In this document: piece after piece, positions 40,400-49,274 of the stretch
Position numbering within the stretch: position 1 is the stretch's first letter
Layout: each line of letters opens with the position of its first letter
Assembly: GCA_016199525.1 (NCBI GenBank)
Contig: JACQGL010000205.1
Location: 712 to 64,711, forward strand
Length of the DNA: 64,000 bases
From: Armatimonadota bacterium
GTDB lineage: Bacteria > Armatimonadota > SYMT01 > JACQGL01
Direction: 5' to 3'
The notes under the pieces: generated by a model
The model's input: the letters and a program-made list of their open reading frames with translations, nothing else
What the model was told of the DNA's origin: nothing
Databases searched by the model: none
Program-made: the position numbers and the translations under genes

Positions 40400-40483
40400 A
40401 TGTGCGTGCTGTTAGCATTCATCAGTTTTGTAGCCCTGATGTTCATTTCGGACATGCTGGAGCGCCGTCAGCGCCACCGCTGA
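40400..40483 (+). CDS. Possible 27-aa hydrophobic mini-protein MCVLLAFISFVALMFISDMLERRQRHR
   Basis: Strong SD (GGGGGAAAGGGGGCGAGGGAG) before the ATG. A single TM helix with a basic C-terminus. It overlaps the 3' end of the convergent kinase gene. Confidence 0.3.
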   Translation: MCVLLAFISFVALMFISDMLERRQRHR

Positions 40484-41945
40484 CCACTGGCTTTCGTACT
40501 TCGTCCGGTGCCGCGTGCGTGTCACCGTTCTCGAGGGTAATGGCGCCTGTCGGCAATATGAAGGAGAACCGGCTGCCGACGCCCACCGTACTCTCTACGA
40601 ATACCTGGCCGCCGTATGCCTCGATAATCTCCTTGACGATGGACAGCCCGAGACCCGTGCCCGCCAGGTGCCGCGTGTGCGGATCGGAGCTGCGGTAGAA
40701 GCGCTCAAAGATACGCGCCAGATCGGCCGGTGGTATGCCGCTGCCGTGGTCCTCGACAAACACCCTGATCCATTCGTCTTCCCGTTCTGCACCCAATACC
40801 ACGGATTCCCCGACGGGGCTGTATTTGACGGCGTTGTCCAGTAAGTTGGCCAGCACCTGCTCCAGTTGCTGACAGTTCGCGTTAACCACGGCGGGCGGCC
40901 CCGGGGCAACTTCAAAACGCACCTGCTTCTCCGCGGCCACCGGCTCCATTAGCCGGGCGACGTCGTGCAGCACTTCGTTCACCTCAACCGGCGCGCGACT
41001 GTAACGCTCCACTCCGGTATCCAGGCGGGCGATGCTGAGGATGTCGTCCAGCAGAGCGCTGAGGTGCCGGCTCTGCCGTTCCAGGGTTTGCAGGAACTCT
41101 GTGGCGACTGCCGGGTCGTGAATTCCTCCCACGAGCAGCGCTTCGCAGGTGGCCCGCAGCGCCGTCACCGGGGTCCGGAGCTGGTGGCTCACATCCGCTG
41201 CGAAGACCTCACAGGCGTCCCTCTCCTTCTTGAGCCGCTGCACCATCTCCCGCAGGCGGCGGGTCATCAGGTTGAGGCTTTCGGCAAGCCGACCCACCTC
41301 GTCGGACGATGTCACCGTCAGGTGCTGCTCCAGGTCGCCGTCCGCCACCCGTCGCGCCATCTTCTCCATCCGCGCGACAGGTCGCGACAGGCTGGTCGCA
41401 ATCCGGAAGCTGAGCCAGCCCGCCAGCAGCATAGTGACGATCATGGTATCGATGGCCATCCGGCGGATCTTGCTCAGGGCGCGAGCGACGGTGAGGGAAG
41501 GAACCGTGAGCTGGACCTCGCGCACCGGGCTGCCGGCCACGCGCACCGGCTCCACGCTGTGCACGGATTCTACTTTCCGCTCTTCCTCGTGGCATACGGC
41601 ACAGGCCCTCTCCTGCCGGCCGGCGCGATGCACCCCGCTGCTCCCATTGCTCTGGCTATCGGCCAGCGCAACCCCGCCCGCGCCCAGGAGGGTCACCTGC
41701 GCGCCGACCTGCTTGCCCAGCGCATCACAGAGAGACTTGAGGTCGGCGGGAGGACCCGCGCGGTCGAGACTCTGGGACAGCAGCCGCGCCACCAGCCGGG
41801 TATGTTCCGCCGTCGCCTCACGGATGGATTCCAGGTAGTACTGCTTCACGGCGGAGAGGACGCGCACACCGAGTACCGTTACCGCCAGGAAGATGAGCAG
41901 CGTATAGGTAAGGGCAAGGCGGTAGCGGAGGCTGAGAGAGCGCAT
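40443..41945 (-). CDS. Sensor histidine kinase (HisKA + HATPase_c) with a CXXCH heme-c motif in the periplasmic sensor domain
   Basis: Two TM segments flank a periplasmic loop of ~140 aa that contains ACAVCHEEER. Also has a HAMP-like region, the H-box EVFAADVSHQLRTP, and G-boxes. Confidence 0.8.
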   Translation of the reverse strand: MRSLSLRYRLALTYTLLIFLAVTVLGVRVLSAVKQYYLESIREATAEHTRLVARLLSQSLDRAGPPADLKSLCDALGKQVGAQVTLLGAGGVALADSQSNGSSGVHRAGRQERACAVCHEEERKVESVHSVEPVRVAGSPVREVQLTVPSLTVARALSKIRRMAIDTMIVTMLLAGWLSFRIATSLSRPVARMEKMARRVADGDLEQHLTVTSSDEVGRLAESLNLMTRRLREMVQRLKKERDACEVFAADVSHQLRTPVTALRATCEALLVGGIHDPAVATEFLQTLERQSRHLSALLDDILSIARLDTGVERYSRAPVEVNEVLHDVARLMEPVAAEKQVRFEVAPGPPAVVNANCQQLEQVLANLLDNAVKYSPVGESVVLGAEREDEWIRVFVEDHGSGIPPADLARIFERFYRSSDPHTRHLAGTGLGLSIVKEIIEAYGGQVFVESTVGVGSRFSFILPTGAITLENGDTHAAPDEVRKPVVSGGADGAPACPK

Positions 41946-41951
41946 CTTGGT

Positions 41952-42632
41952 TCACCCCTCGAATCGGTAGCCCACGCCGCGGAGGGTGACGATGCGCACC
42001 GGGGCCTCCGGGTTCTTCTCGATCTTCTCCCGAAGGGAGTGAATGTGAACATCCAGGGTGCGCGTCTCCACGGCAAACGGCTCCCCCCACACCGTTTCGT
42101 AAAGGAACTCGCGGGACAACACCCGGCCTTTATGGTTCATGAGGGTTTTCAGTAACTCGAACTCCTTCAGGGTGAGATCCACACGACGGCCCTGCAGGAA
42201 GACCTTGCGGGAGTCGCCGTGCAACTCCAGGTCGCCCGACACGAGGGCCGATTCGGCGACCTCCAGGTCTTGCATCCGGCGGAGGACGGCGCGCACGCGG
42301 GCAATCAGTTCACGAATGCTGAACGGCTTGGTCACGTAGTCGTCGGCTCCCACCTCTAGGCCCACCACCCGATCCACTTCTGCCGTGCGCGCGGTGACCA
42401 TGATGATCGCCGCCGCTGATTCCTTTCGCAGCGACCGGCACACGGAAAGCCCATCTATATCCGGCAAGATCAGGTCGAGCAGCACGACATCCGGGCGCCA
42501 GGCACGCCCTTCCGCAATGGCTGTCTGTCCATCCGAGGCGATACGCGTGAGAAAGCCTTCCTTCTCCAGGGCGTAGCACAGCGAACGCGCAATATCTCTC
42601 TCATCCTCAACTACCAGGACTTTCGTGGTCAT
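41952..42632 (-). CDS. Response regulator, OmpR/PhoB family (the ORF is open upstream to 42923)
   Basis: N-terminus MTTKVLVVEDERDIA..LLDLILPDIDG and a C-terminal winged helix (LRGVGYRF). GGGAGGGGAGGG RBS. Confidence 0.85.
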   Translation of the reverse strand: MTTKVLVVEDERDIARSLCYALEKEGFLTRIASDGQTAIAEGRAWRPDVVLLDLILPDIDGLSVCRSLRKESAAAIIMVTARTAEVDRVVGLEVGADDYVTKPFSIRELIARVRAVLRRMQDLEVAESALVSGDLELHGDSRKVFLQGRRVDLTLKEFELLKTLMNHKGRVLSREFLYETVWGEPFAVETRTLDVHIHSLREKIEKNPEAPVRIVTLRGVGYRFEG

Positions 42633-42738
42633 GGCCCTCCCCTCCCGCGCTCTCCCACCAGCCGGTATCCCCCGGGTGCGCAGGGCGGAACGGGACTCCC
42701 AAAGGTGGTTTGGGGGTGCGCCGCCGGCTCCCCCGACC

Positions 42739-45219
42739 TCAATTCGGCTGCGTTGCATGACAGCGCAAACAATCCTCCAAGGCGAAGGCTCGCGTCCCGT
42801 TATGGCAGGCGCCGCATTGCTGCCCGCCCCCCATCTTCGCCATAGTGCAGGCGCCGCTCTCCGGGCGGCGCATCGGGAACAGACGCGAGTGGCACCCGGC
42901 GCAGCCATTCTCAGTGTACCCACGGTGCCGCGCGTGGCTGAATGTCACGGCGCCCGGGCTGCCCTCACCGGTGGGGAACCGGTAATCCGCCGGGGCAGCC
43001 TGCGCGTTCGACGAAGCCACCGGGCGAACCGTCGGTTTCCTGGGGGTGGCGTGGCAGAGGCCACAATCTGAAGCCACGGTAAACGCCTCCTTGCCGTTGT
43101 GGCAGAATCCGCACTGACGGCCTTCCTTCATGGAGGCCATACGCAGGTCGGGCGAAGAGACCATGCCAAAGAGTGCCGGGTGGCAGGTGGAACAAGTGCC
43201 ACCGCGGGAAAGATGAGCGCGATGGCTGAACGTTACCGGCCCGGGTGCGGCCTGGACGCGTCGCACACGATCCTCCGGCACGCGGTTCACATGCGCGACG
43301 GCGCCGCCCGGCGATGGGGAACTCCCCCGGTGACACAGCGCGCAGTCGGTGGCCACGGTGAACGCATCTCGCCCGTTATGGCACTTGCCGCACCCCTCGC
43401 CCTGGCGCATAGCCGGCATCTTCAGCGGACCGTTTTCCGGCGCTACCATCCCGAAGAGCGCCGGATGGCACGCGGTGCATTCGTCGTTCACGTGCGCCAG
43501 ATGCTGCCGGTGGCTGAAGGGCACCGGGCCCAGGCTCTGCTTCTGTGATGTGAACTGGAAATCCGCGGGCGGCGCAATCTGCCGGGCGGTTACGGAGGAA
43601 ACCGTGATGCCGCTACCGCTGGAGTGGCAGAAGCCACACCCATCCCGGACCTCAAACGCGTCCACACCATTGTGACAGGACTGGCACCGGTCCATCGTGT
43701 CGATGGTGTGCCCGGCGCCAGCACTGGCGGGCCGCGACATGAGAAACAATTCTGCGTGGCACGTTTCGCAGGCGAGATGCTGGCCGTTGACGTGCGTCGC
43801 GTGCCGGAACACCACCGTTCCTGGACTTACGGCGCCTTGAGGAAAGCGCTGCTCCGCAGGCACGCGCAGGGGAACCGTGGCCATGCGCGCCGCGACCTCC
43901 TGGAGGCGCGGGAAGCTGGGGCCCAACCGGCCGCTAGGGGACGCGGCTGCCTCGTTCGCCCGCACGAAAATCGCCGCAAGGGCGAAGAACATCGCCAGGC
44001 CGCTCAGGAAAGCGATACCGGCGGGCGTCGCAATGGGCGCTTCTCCTGGGTGGCCTGCCGGCCGGTTCCGTAGAAGTGGGGCGTAGCTCACGCCCTCCTC
44101 CGACCCTTCCTGGGGGGAAGGAAAGACCGGCAGGTAGCGCGCCGCCATCCCGAACGCCAGGAATCCGCAGGCGATGATGGCGATGGTGATTGCCATCTCC
44201 ATCCAGGTGGGGAAGTAAGCCTGACCGGCGCTCCGCTGAACCCCGGTAAAGCTGACGTTCAGCCGATTCAGCACAAATCCGCACAGCGCCAGGAGCGCGG
44301 CCAGGAACAGTCCGGTGCGGTCGCCGCGCACGCGTGGTGTCAGATAGAACGCTATGGGCAGCACACTGCCCAGGGCGACCTCCAGCAGAAACATCCGACT
44401 CTCCAGGGAACCTTCCAGCACCAGCCCCGCCTTTCCCCGCGCCAGCAGATCGGCCAGCCGGATCGCCAAGCCGAGGAGGAGCACCCCGGCGCTCGCCTTT
44501 GCCAGTCCCTGAAGGATGTCCCGGTGTACGCCAGTTCCGAAAGCCCGGTGGCTCAAATAAGACTCAAAGATAACCATCGACAGCCCAGCGCCCACGGCGG
44601 ACACAAAGAAAAACAGCGGCAGCAGCGGGGAATACCATAGCCCGTGCAGCTTGTTCGGCACGATGAGGAACAGGGTTCCGAGGGATGACTGGTGCAAGGT
44701 GGAGAGCAAGACGCCGGTGATGACCAGCGGCACGATCGCCGCGTGAATCCAGCGGAGGGGTGTCTGGAGGCCGAGCCGCTCAAGTAACGCGGGGCTGAAC
44801 TCCAGGGCGAGCACACCGGTATAGAACATCACGCACATCGCCACCTCGAAGAGCGGCGAGTGGAGGTTGCCCATAATCAGGGGGTGCCAGATGCGGTACG
44901 GCAAGCCGAGGTCGCATAGCAGCGACACGATGACCAGCAGATACCCCAGGAAGGCGGTCAGTAGGGACGCCCGCAGGATGGCGCGGTACTTTTCCAGGCG
45001 GAACACGTAAACCATTGCGGCGAGGGTGAACCCTCCCGCGCTGAGACCGACGCCGCAGAGCACGTCGAAGCCGATCCAGAGCCCCCAGGGATAGGCATCG
45101 CTGAGGGCCGTCGTGGCGCCCAGCCCGTAAACAAACCGCGCCACGAGGGAGTAGATTCCTGCGCCGAGGATGATAATAAGCATCGCGCGCCAGAACGTGA
45201 TGGAAGGACGGGGTCTCAT
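42739..45219 (-). CDS. Fusion protein: N-terminal NrfD/PsrC-like polytopic membrane (quinone-interacting) domain plus C-terminal dodecaheme cytochrome c (4 x c7-type triheme repeats)
   Basis: ~400 aa with ~10 TM helices, then 12 CXXCH motifs with a recurring F.H..H(x6-9)C..CH pattern (for example VTFSHRAHLSRGGTCSTCH). ATGA overlap with the upstream ferredoxin gene. Confidence 0.8.
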   Translation of the reverse strand: MRPRPSITFWRAMLIIILGAGIYSLVARFVYGLGATTALSDAYPWGLWIGFDVLCGVGLSAGGFTLAAMVYVFRLEKYRAILRASLLTAFLGYLLVIVSLLCDLGLPYRIWHPLIMGNLHSPLFEVAMCVMFYTGVLALEFSPALLERLGLQTPLRWIHAAIVPLVITGVLLSTLHQSSLGTLFLIVPNKLHGLWYSPLLPLFFFVSAVGAGLSMVIFESYLSHRAFGTGVHRDILQGLAKASAGVLLLGLAIRLADLLARGKAGLVLEGSLESRMFLLEVALGSVLPIAFYLTPRVRGDRTGLFLAALLALCGFVLNRLNVSFTGVQRSAGQAYFPTWMEMAITIAIIACGFLAFGMAARYLPVFPSPQEGSEEGVSYAPLLRNRPAGHPGEAPIATPAGIAFLSGLAMFFALAAIFVRANEAAASPSGRLGPSFPRLQEVAARMATVPLRVPAEQRFPQGAVSPGTVVFRHATHVNGQHLACETCHAELFLMSRPASAGAGHTIDTMDRCQSCHNGVDAFEVRDGCGFCHSSGSGITVSSVTARQIAPPADFQFTSQKQSLGPVPFSHRQHLAHVNDECTACHPALFGMVAPENGPLKMPAMRQGEGCGKCHNGRDAFTVATDCALCHRGSSPSPGGAVAHVNRVPEDRVRRVQAAPGPVTFSHRAHLSRGGTCSTCHPALFGMVSSPDLRMASMKEGRQCGFCHNGKEAFTVASDCGLCHATPRKPTVRPVASSNAQAAPADYRFPTGEGSPGAVTFSHARHRGYTENGCAGCHSRLFPMRRPESGACTMAKMGGGQQCGACHNGTRAFALEDCLRCHATQPN

Positions 45220-46010
45220 TGGGGCTCGCCTCCTTCGCCTGATTCCGATTCGGCGGCGACTTCCGCGTCGGCCACTGCTTCAACAGACGTCAGGGCTGCA
45301 AGCTGTATGCGCCGATTGATGACCCACGATAGGCCGAACAGGACGGCCGCTCCAAAGCTCACAATGAAGGGAGTCTTCGAGAGCACACCCCAGGTGAGTT
45401 CCGGATAGGCTTCATCGCGGACCCCCGTCTTGAACCCGAGTTCTTCAAACGGTACGGGCGACAGATAGAGCACCGAGGTGCCGCCCGCCTCGCGCAGCCC
45501 GTAAATGTGAGGCACATACTGCTCCGGGTTCTCTCGGATCCGCCGCTCTGCTTCTCTGATCAGGGCGTCCCGATCTCCGAACAGCGTCGCCCCGGTGGGG
45601 CAGACCGCCGTGCACGCGGGTTCTTCGCCCTGCTTCAGACGCTTTTCGTAACAGAGGACGCACTTCTGGGTGATGGGCAGAGCTCTATCCCACTGGTATT
45701 TGGGAATGTCAAACGGGCAGGCCATCACGCAGTAACGACAGCCAATGCAACGGCTGGCGTCGTAGGTTATCGCGCCGGTTTCTGTTTTGCGCAGCGCTCC
45801 CACGGGGCAGACCGAGGCACAGGTTGGCTCCAGGCAGTGCATGCACATGCGCCGGATGAAGGTGTTGTGGCGATAGTCCACGTAGGTCCAGGTGTCCGCC
45901 TCCAGCTGCGATGCTTTTCCGCGGGGCAGATTATTGATCTGTTTGCAGGCCGCGGCGCACGCGCCGCAGCCGATGCACTTCGTCAGGTCGTTCAGAACCC
46001 CGGCTCGCAT
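45216..46010 (-). CDS. 4Fe-4S ferredoxin-type iron-sulfur subunit (HybA/NrfC/PsrB/HmcB-like) with a C-terminal TM helix
   Basis: Four Cys clusters (CIGCGACAAAC..CP, CMHCLEPTCASVCP, CIGCRYCVMACP, CVLCYEKR..CTAVCP). GAGAGGGAG RBS before the ATG at 46010. Confidence 0.85.
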   Translation of the reverse strand: MRAGVLNDLTKCIGCGACAAACKQINNLPRGKASQLEADTWTYVDYRHNTFIRRMCMHCLEPTCASVCPVGALRKTETGAITYDASRCIGCRYCVMACPFDIPKYQWDRALPITQKCVLCYEKRLKQGEEPACTAVCPTGATLFGDRDALIREAERRIRENPEQYVPHIYGLREAGGTSVLYLSPVPFEELGFKTGVRDEAYPELTWGVLSKTPFIVSFGAAVLFGLSWVINRRIQLAALTSVEAVADAEVAAESESGEGGEPQ

Positions 46011-46206
46011 ATTGGTCTCCCTCTCTGCCACGATGGCAACCGGCCGGGATAACCCGGCTCGCCTGAGACCCGGAGTCTGTCAGCGCCGCCCCCGAGTGAG
46101 CCCGCGCCCCTTTTCCGGCGTCCGCCCCACCGCAGAGGGCTGTTCTTCCGCCAAGTACCCATCGCTTTTCGCACGATGGACCCCCGATTCGACCGACGCG
46201 GCCCGT

Positions 46207-46404
46207 TTATGGACCCTTCGAATCGGACAGGCCGCTCATCTGGCGGACCGCTGCATGTGGCGCCCCTCCCGCCGACCCGTCGAGCGTCCACGCTTCTTCT
46301 AGATCCGATCGGACCCCAGCCGCTTTTCGGATTCTTAGCATTTCGCTTACCCAGTCAAGCAGAATGAATGTGACCATGGTGAGCAGGACAAGCATTGCTA
46401 CCAT
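46207..46404 (-). CDS. Small single-TM membrane protein (hypothetical), first gene of the cytochrome operon
   Basis: AAGGAGGT RBS, hydrophobic N-terminus MVAMLVLLTMVTFILLDWV, and an AT-rich promoter-like region upstream. Confidence 0.45.
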   Translation of the reverse strand: MVAMLVLLTMVTFILLDWVSEMLRIRKAAGVRSDLEEAWTLDGSAGGAPHAAVRQMSGLSDSKGP

Positions 46405-46905
46405 CTCGTCCACCTCCTTCCGCGCGCGTCCTGTATCGAGAGGTTACCTGTACACCAGATTTATTGTAGGTTCAGGATGTAAAATCAATTTAAAATCCGA
46501 CATAAGTTCATGTTAATTGTCCGGGCGGCGGGCTCCTGATCGCCGCGACGGCGAGTTCGGGTGAGGGCCGAGAGAGCACCGGCCCACCAACAACACGATC
46601 GGCAGCAGCAGGGGGCACAGCAGGACTCTCAAACGACGGCATCTACAGCGACTGGCCAGCAGGCAGACCTACGGAGAGCAGATCGGGGAGGACGTCCGGC
46701 GCCCGGGTCCGGTAATGGAACCGCGACCGCAAGGGAGCGGCAGGCAAGGGCACCTGGATTGCGGGTGGCGGAGGGGAAACAGCGAACGCAGCGCGAGTAC
46801 CGTCGATTCGGCCCCCCGGCCGTTGCATTACAGAGGGGCTTTGAACGGGGCGTTCGGCGTGGGGTCGTATCCCGAACGCTCCCGCGCTCGAATGGGGAAC
46901 GCCCT

Positions 46906-49077
46906 CTACACCGTTCCTGGGCCCGGCGCGTTCCCCGGCACTCCCGGGGTGATCCCTGGTGGAGAGCCGGGGGTGGGCGGCGAGGGGACGACAATGGGCG
47001 GCGTGCCCCCCAGGCGACGCAGGCCCTCGCGGGCCGGTCGGAAAGCGGGATCCGCCGTCAGGGCGCGCTGATAGTCGGCACGGGCTTCTTCTCGCCGGCC
47101 CAGGGCTTCACGGATCGCTCCCAGATGATAGTACATCTCCGCTTCGCCCGCCTCTCCCCGGAAGCCAGCCATCCGCGCAATTGCGCGCAGCTGGATCGGC
47201 AGCGCTTCTGCGAACCGTTGCTGGCGATAATAGACCCACGCCAGCGTGTCCAGATACGCAGGGTTACCTGGCTCTCGTTTGAGCGCCGACTCCACGAGTG
47301 CAAGTGCCTCATCCAGATGGTCGTTCAGCGAATTAGCCAGCGTGTAAGCCAGGTTGTTCTCCACCAGGGCCCGCTGGCGGGGATCCCGGACGAGGGCTAG
47401 CGCGTCTCGCCAGGCCTCTATCGCCTGCTCCGGGTGCCCCTCACGCTCCAGCGTCCCCGCCATGTCTACTACCAGCAGTTCCGCAACCAGCTGGCGCACG
47501 CGGTCATCGTCCTGGTGGTCAGCCACCAGGTCCTGAAGGCGCCGACGAGCCTCCGGCCAGCGACCGGTCCGGATGAGCCAACTCCCCAGCGCGAGAACGG
47601 CATCCTGGTCGTTGGGCCGCAAGCGGAGGTATTCTTCCAGCTGCTGTGTCGCCTCGCGAAGCTGCCCCTTCCGCCAGAGCAGTTGGGCGAACTGGAGTCG
47701 CGCCTTGGCGTCGGTATATCGTGCTTTCAGGTAGCTATCAAGAAGGGTCCAAGCCTCGTCCAGTTCACCCGTGATCACCAGCAAGCGGGCGAGCTGAAGG
47801 CGCACCTCCACCAGCTGCGGCTGGCGCGCGGCGGCCAGGCGGTACTGCTCGACCGCGTACCCGTACTCCTGCCGCGTCTGGGCAACAGCGCCCTGGAGCA
47901 GCGGGCCCTGCACGCCAAAGTTCACCGTAAGCCCCGCCAGACCGACGACGGCCAGCGCCAGCGCCGGGAGACTGGCGGCGGGCAGTGGGAGCGCTTCCCG
48001 TGCCGCCCGCTCGTCCCCCATCACACGCCCCTCCAGCAGGTAGCCGAGCAGCGCTCCCGCGGCGCCGCCCCCCATCAAGCCGAATACGTCCACCACCTGG
48101 GCATGCGTTGCTGCCACGAGCCCCTGCGCCAGGAGGAGCGGCCCCAGCCACCGGAGGCGTGCGGCGATCCGGGGGGCCTGATAGGCGCGGTACTTCCACT
48201 GGTGCACGGCCAGCGCTCCCATTACCCCCAGCAGCGGCGCGGATCCCAGCACGGAGAGCATGGGATTGAATCGGTAGCTGGCCGCCGCTCCCGCGGTTCC
48301 CGCCAGCAGGAAAATCGTCAGCAGCCGCGCGCGGCCGTAACAGGCCTCCGCCACGCTGCCCACCACAGCCAGCGTCAACAGGTTAATCAGGAAATGGATG
48401 AGGCTCGCACTTAGAAACGCGCTGGTGACCAACCGCCAGTAGTCCCCGGTATCAATGAGTTCCTTTACCTTGGCGCCGAGAAAAACGAGCACGCTGTCAT
48501 TCTGGAAGGCATCCCACCGGAAGCCTCCGATCCAGAAAACGGCGAGCACGGGCAGGGCGAGTGCCACGGCCAGCCAGACAGTAACCACCGGAAACGGCGG
48601 CGGCACCTGGCGCACGGGGATCGTCGTCCCGCCCAGCGCAGGCATAGCCATTGGTGAAGCGGCGCCGGCGCCGTCATCCTCATCCGCGAAAACCCATGGG
48701 GACAGCCCAGGGGGAGGCGGCAAGCGGCCCCCAAGTACGATCACCTGACAGCCGTGGCGGGCGGCAGCCCGTGCCAGCGCCTCGAGACTACGCTCCAGGC
48801 CCGCGTCAAACGGCGGTGAGGGCAGGTCCCGCAAGATCAGCACGGGTGGGGCCTCTGCCATCAGAAAGCGGACTGCCTCCGCAAGCGTCCCCGCGTGATC
48901 GGCCCCCTCCTCGCCCACCTGGCCTGCCACCGTCCAGATCCTGGCGTCCTTGCCCTGGCCTGCGACCATGGCTCGCACCCTCTCGATGATGTCGGCATCG
49001 GCAGGCAGATGCGCCCAGATCAGAGGGCGCTGCTGGTGAAGCGCGCGCTCGAGCGCCTGGTACTCGCTGGGACTCAC
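46906..49077 (-). CDS. Rhomboid-family intramembrane protease with an N-terminal cytoplasmic domain and C-terminal TPR repeats
   Basis: HFLINLL (TM2 H..N), GSAP.. (TM4 Ser region) and a TM6 His region, followed by ~300 aa of TPR-like repeats and a Pro-rich tail. Confidence 0.65.
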   Translation of the reverse strand: MSPSEYQALERALHQQRPLIWAHLPADADIIERVRAMVAGQGKDARIWTVAGQVGEEGADHAGTLAEAVRFLMAEAPPVLILRDLPSPPFDAGLERSLEALARAAARHGCQVIVLGGRLPPPPGLSPWVFADEDDGAGAASPMAMPALGGTTIPVRQVPPPFPVVTVWLAVALALPVLAVFWIGGFRWDAFQNDSVLVFLGAKVKELIDTGDYWRLVTSAFLSASLIHFLINLLTLAVVGSVAEACYGRARLLTIFLLAGTAGAAASYRFNPMLSVLGSAPLLGVMGALAVHQWKYRAYQAPRIAARLRWLGPLLLAQGLVAATHAQVVDVFGLMGGGAAGALLGYLLEGRVMGDERAAREALPLPAASLPALALAVVGLAGLTVNFGVQGPLLQGAVAQTRQEYGYAVEQYRLAAARQPQLVEVRLQLARLLVITGELDEAWTLLDSYLKARYTDAKARLQFAQLLWRKGQLREATQQLEEYLRLRPNDQDAVLALGSWLIRTGRWPEARRRLQDLVADHQDDDRVRQLVAELLVVDMAGTLEREGHPEQAIEAWRDALALVRDPRQRALVENNLAYTLANSLNDHLDEALALVESALKREPGNPAYLDTLAWVYYRQQRFAEALPIQLRAIARMAGFRGEAGEAEMYYHLGAIREALGRREEARADYQRALTADPAFRPAREGLRRLGGTPPIVVPSPPTPGSPPGITPGVPGNAPGPGTV

Positions 49078-49274
49078 GATCTAACCTCTAACTACGCCAG
49101 AAGGCGGCATCGAATCAGACGTTGGGCCTTCCGATTGCGAAGTGCGGAATAGGGATCGAAAGAGTTCACGGTCCTGCGGAGAAAGAATGTGGGGCATTTT
49201 GACCCTTGCTTCCACCCCCCTACTCCGCACACCCATTCTGCCACACTCCCTCTCTCCGCGCTAGGAATTCCGTG

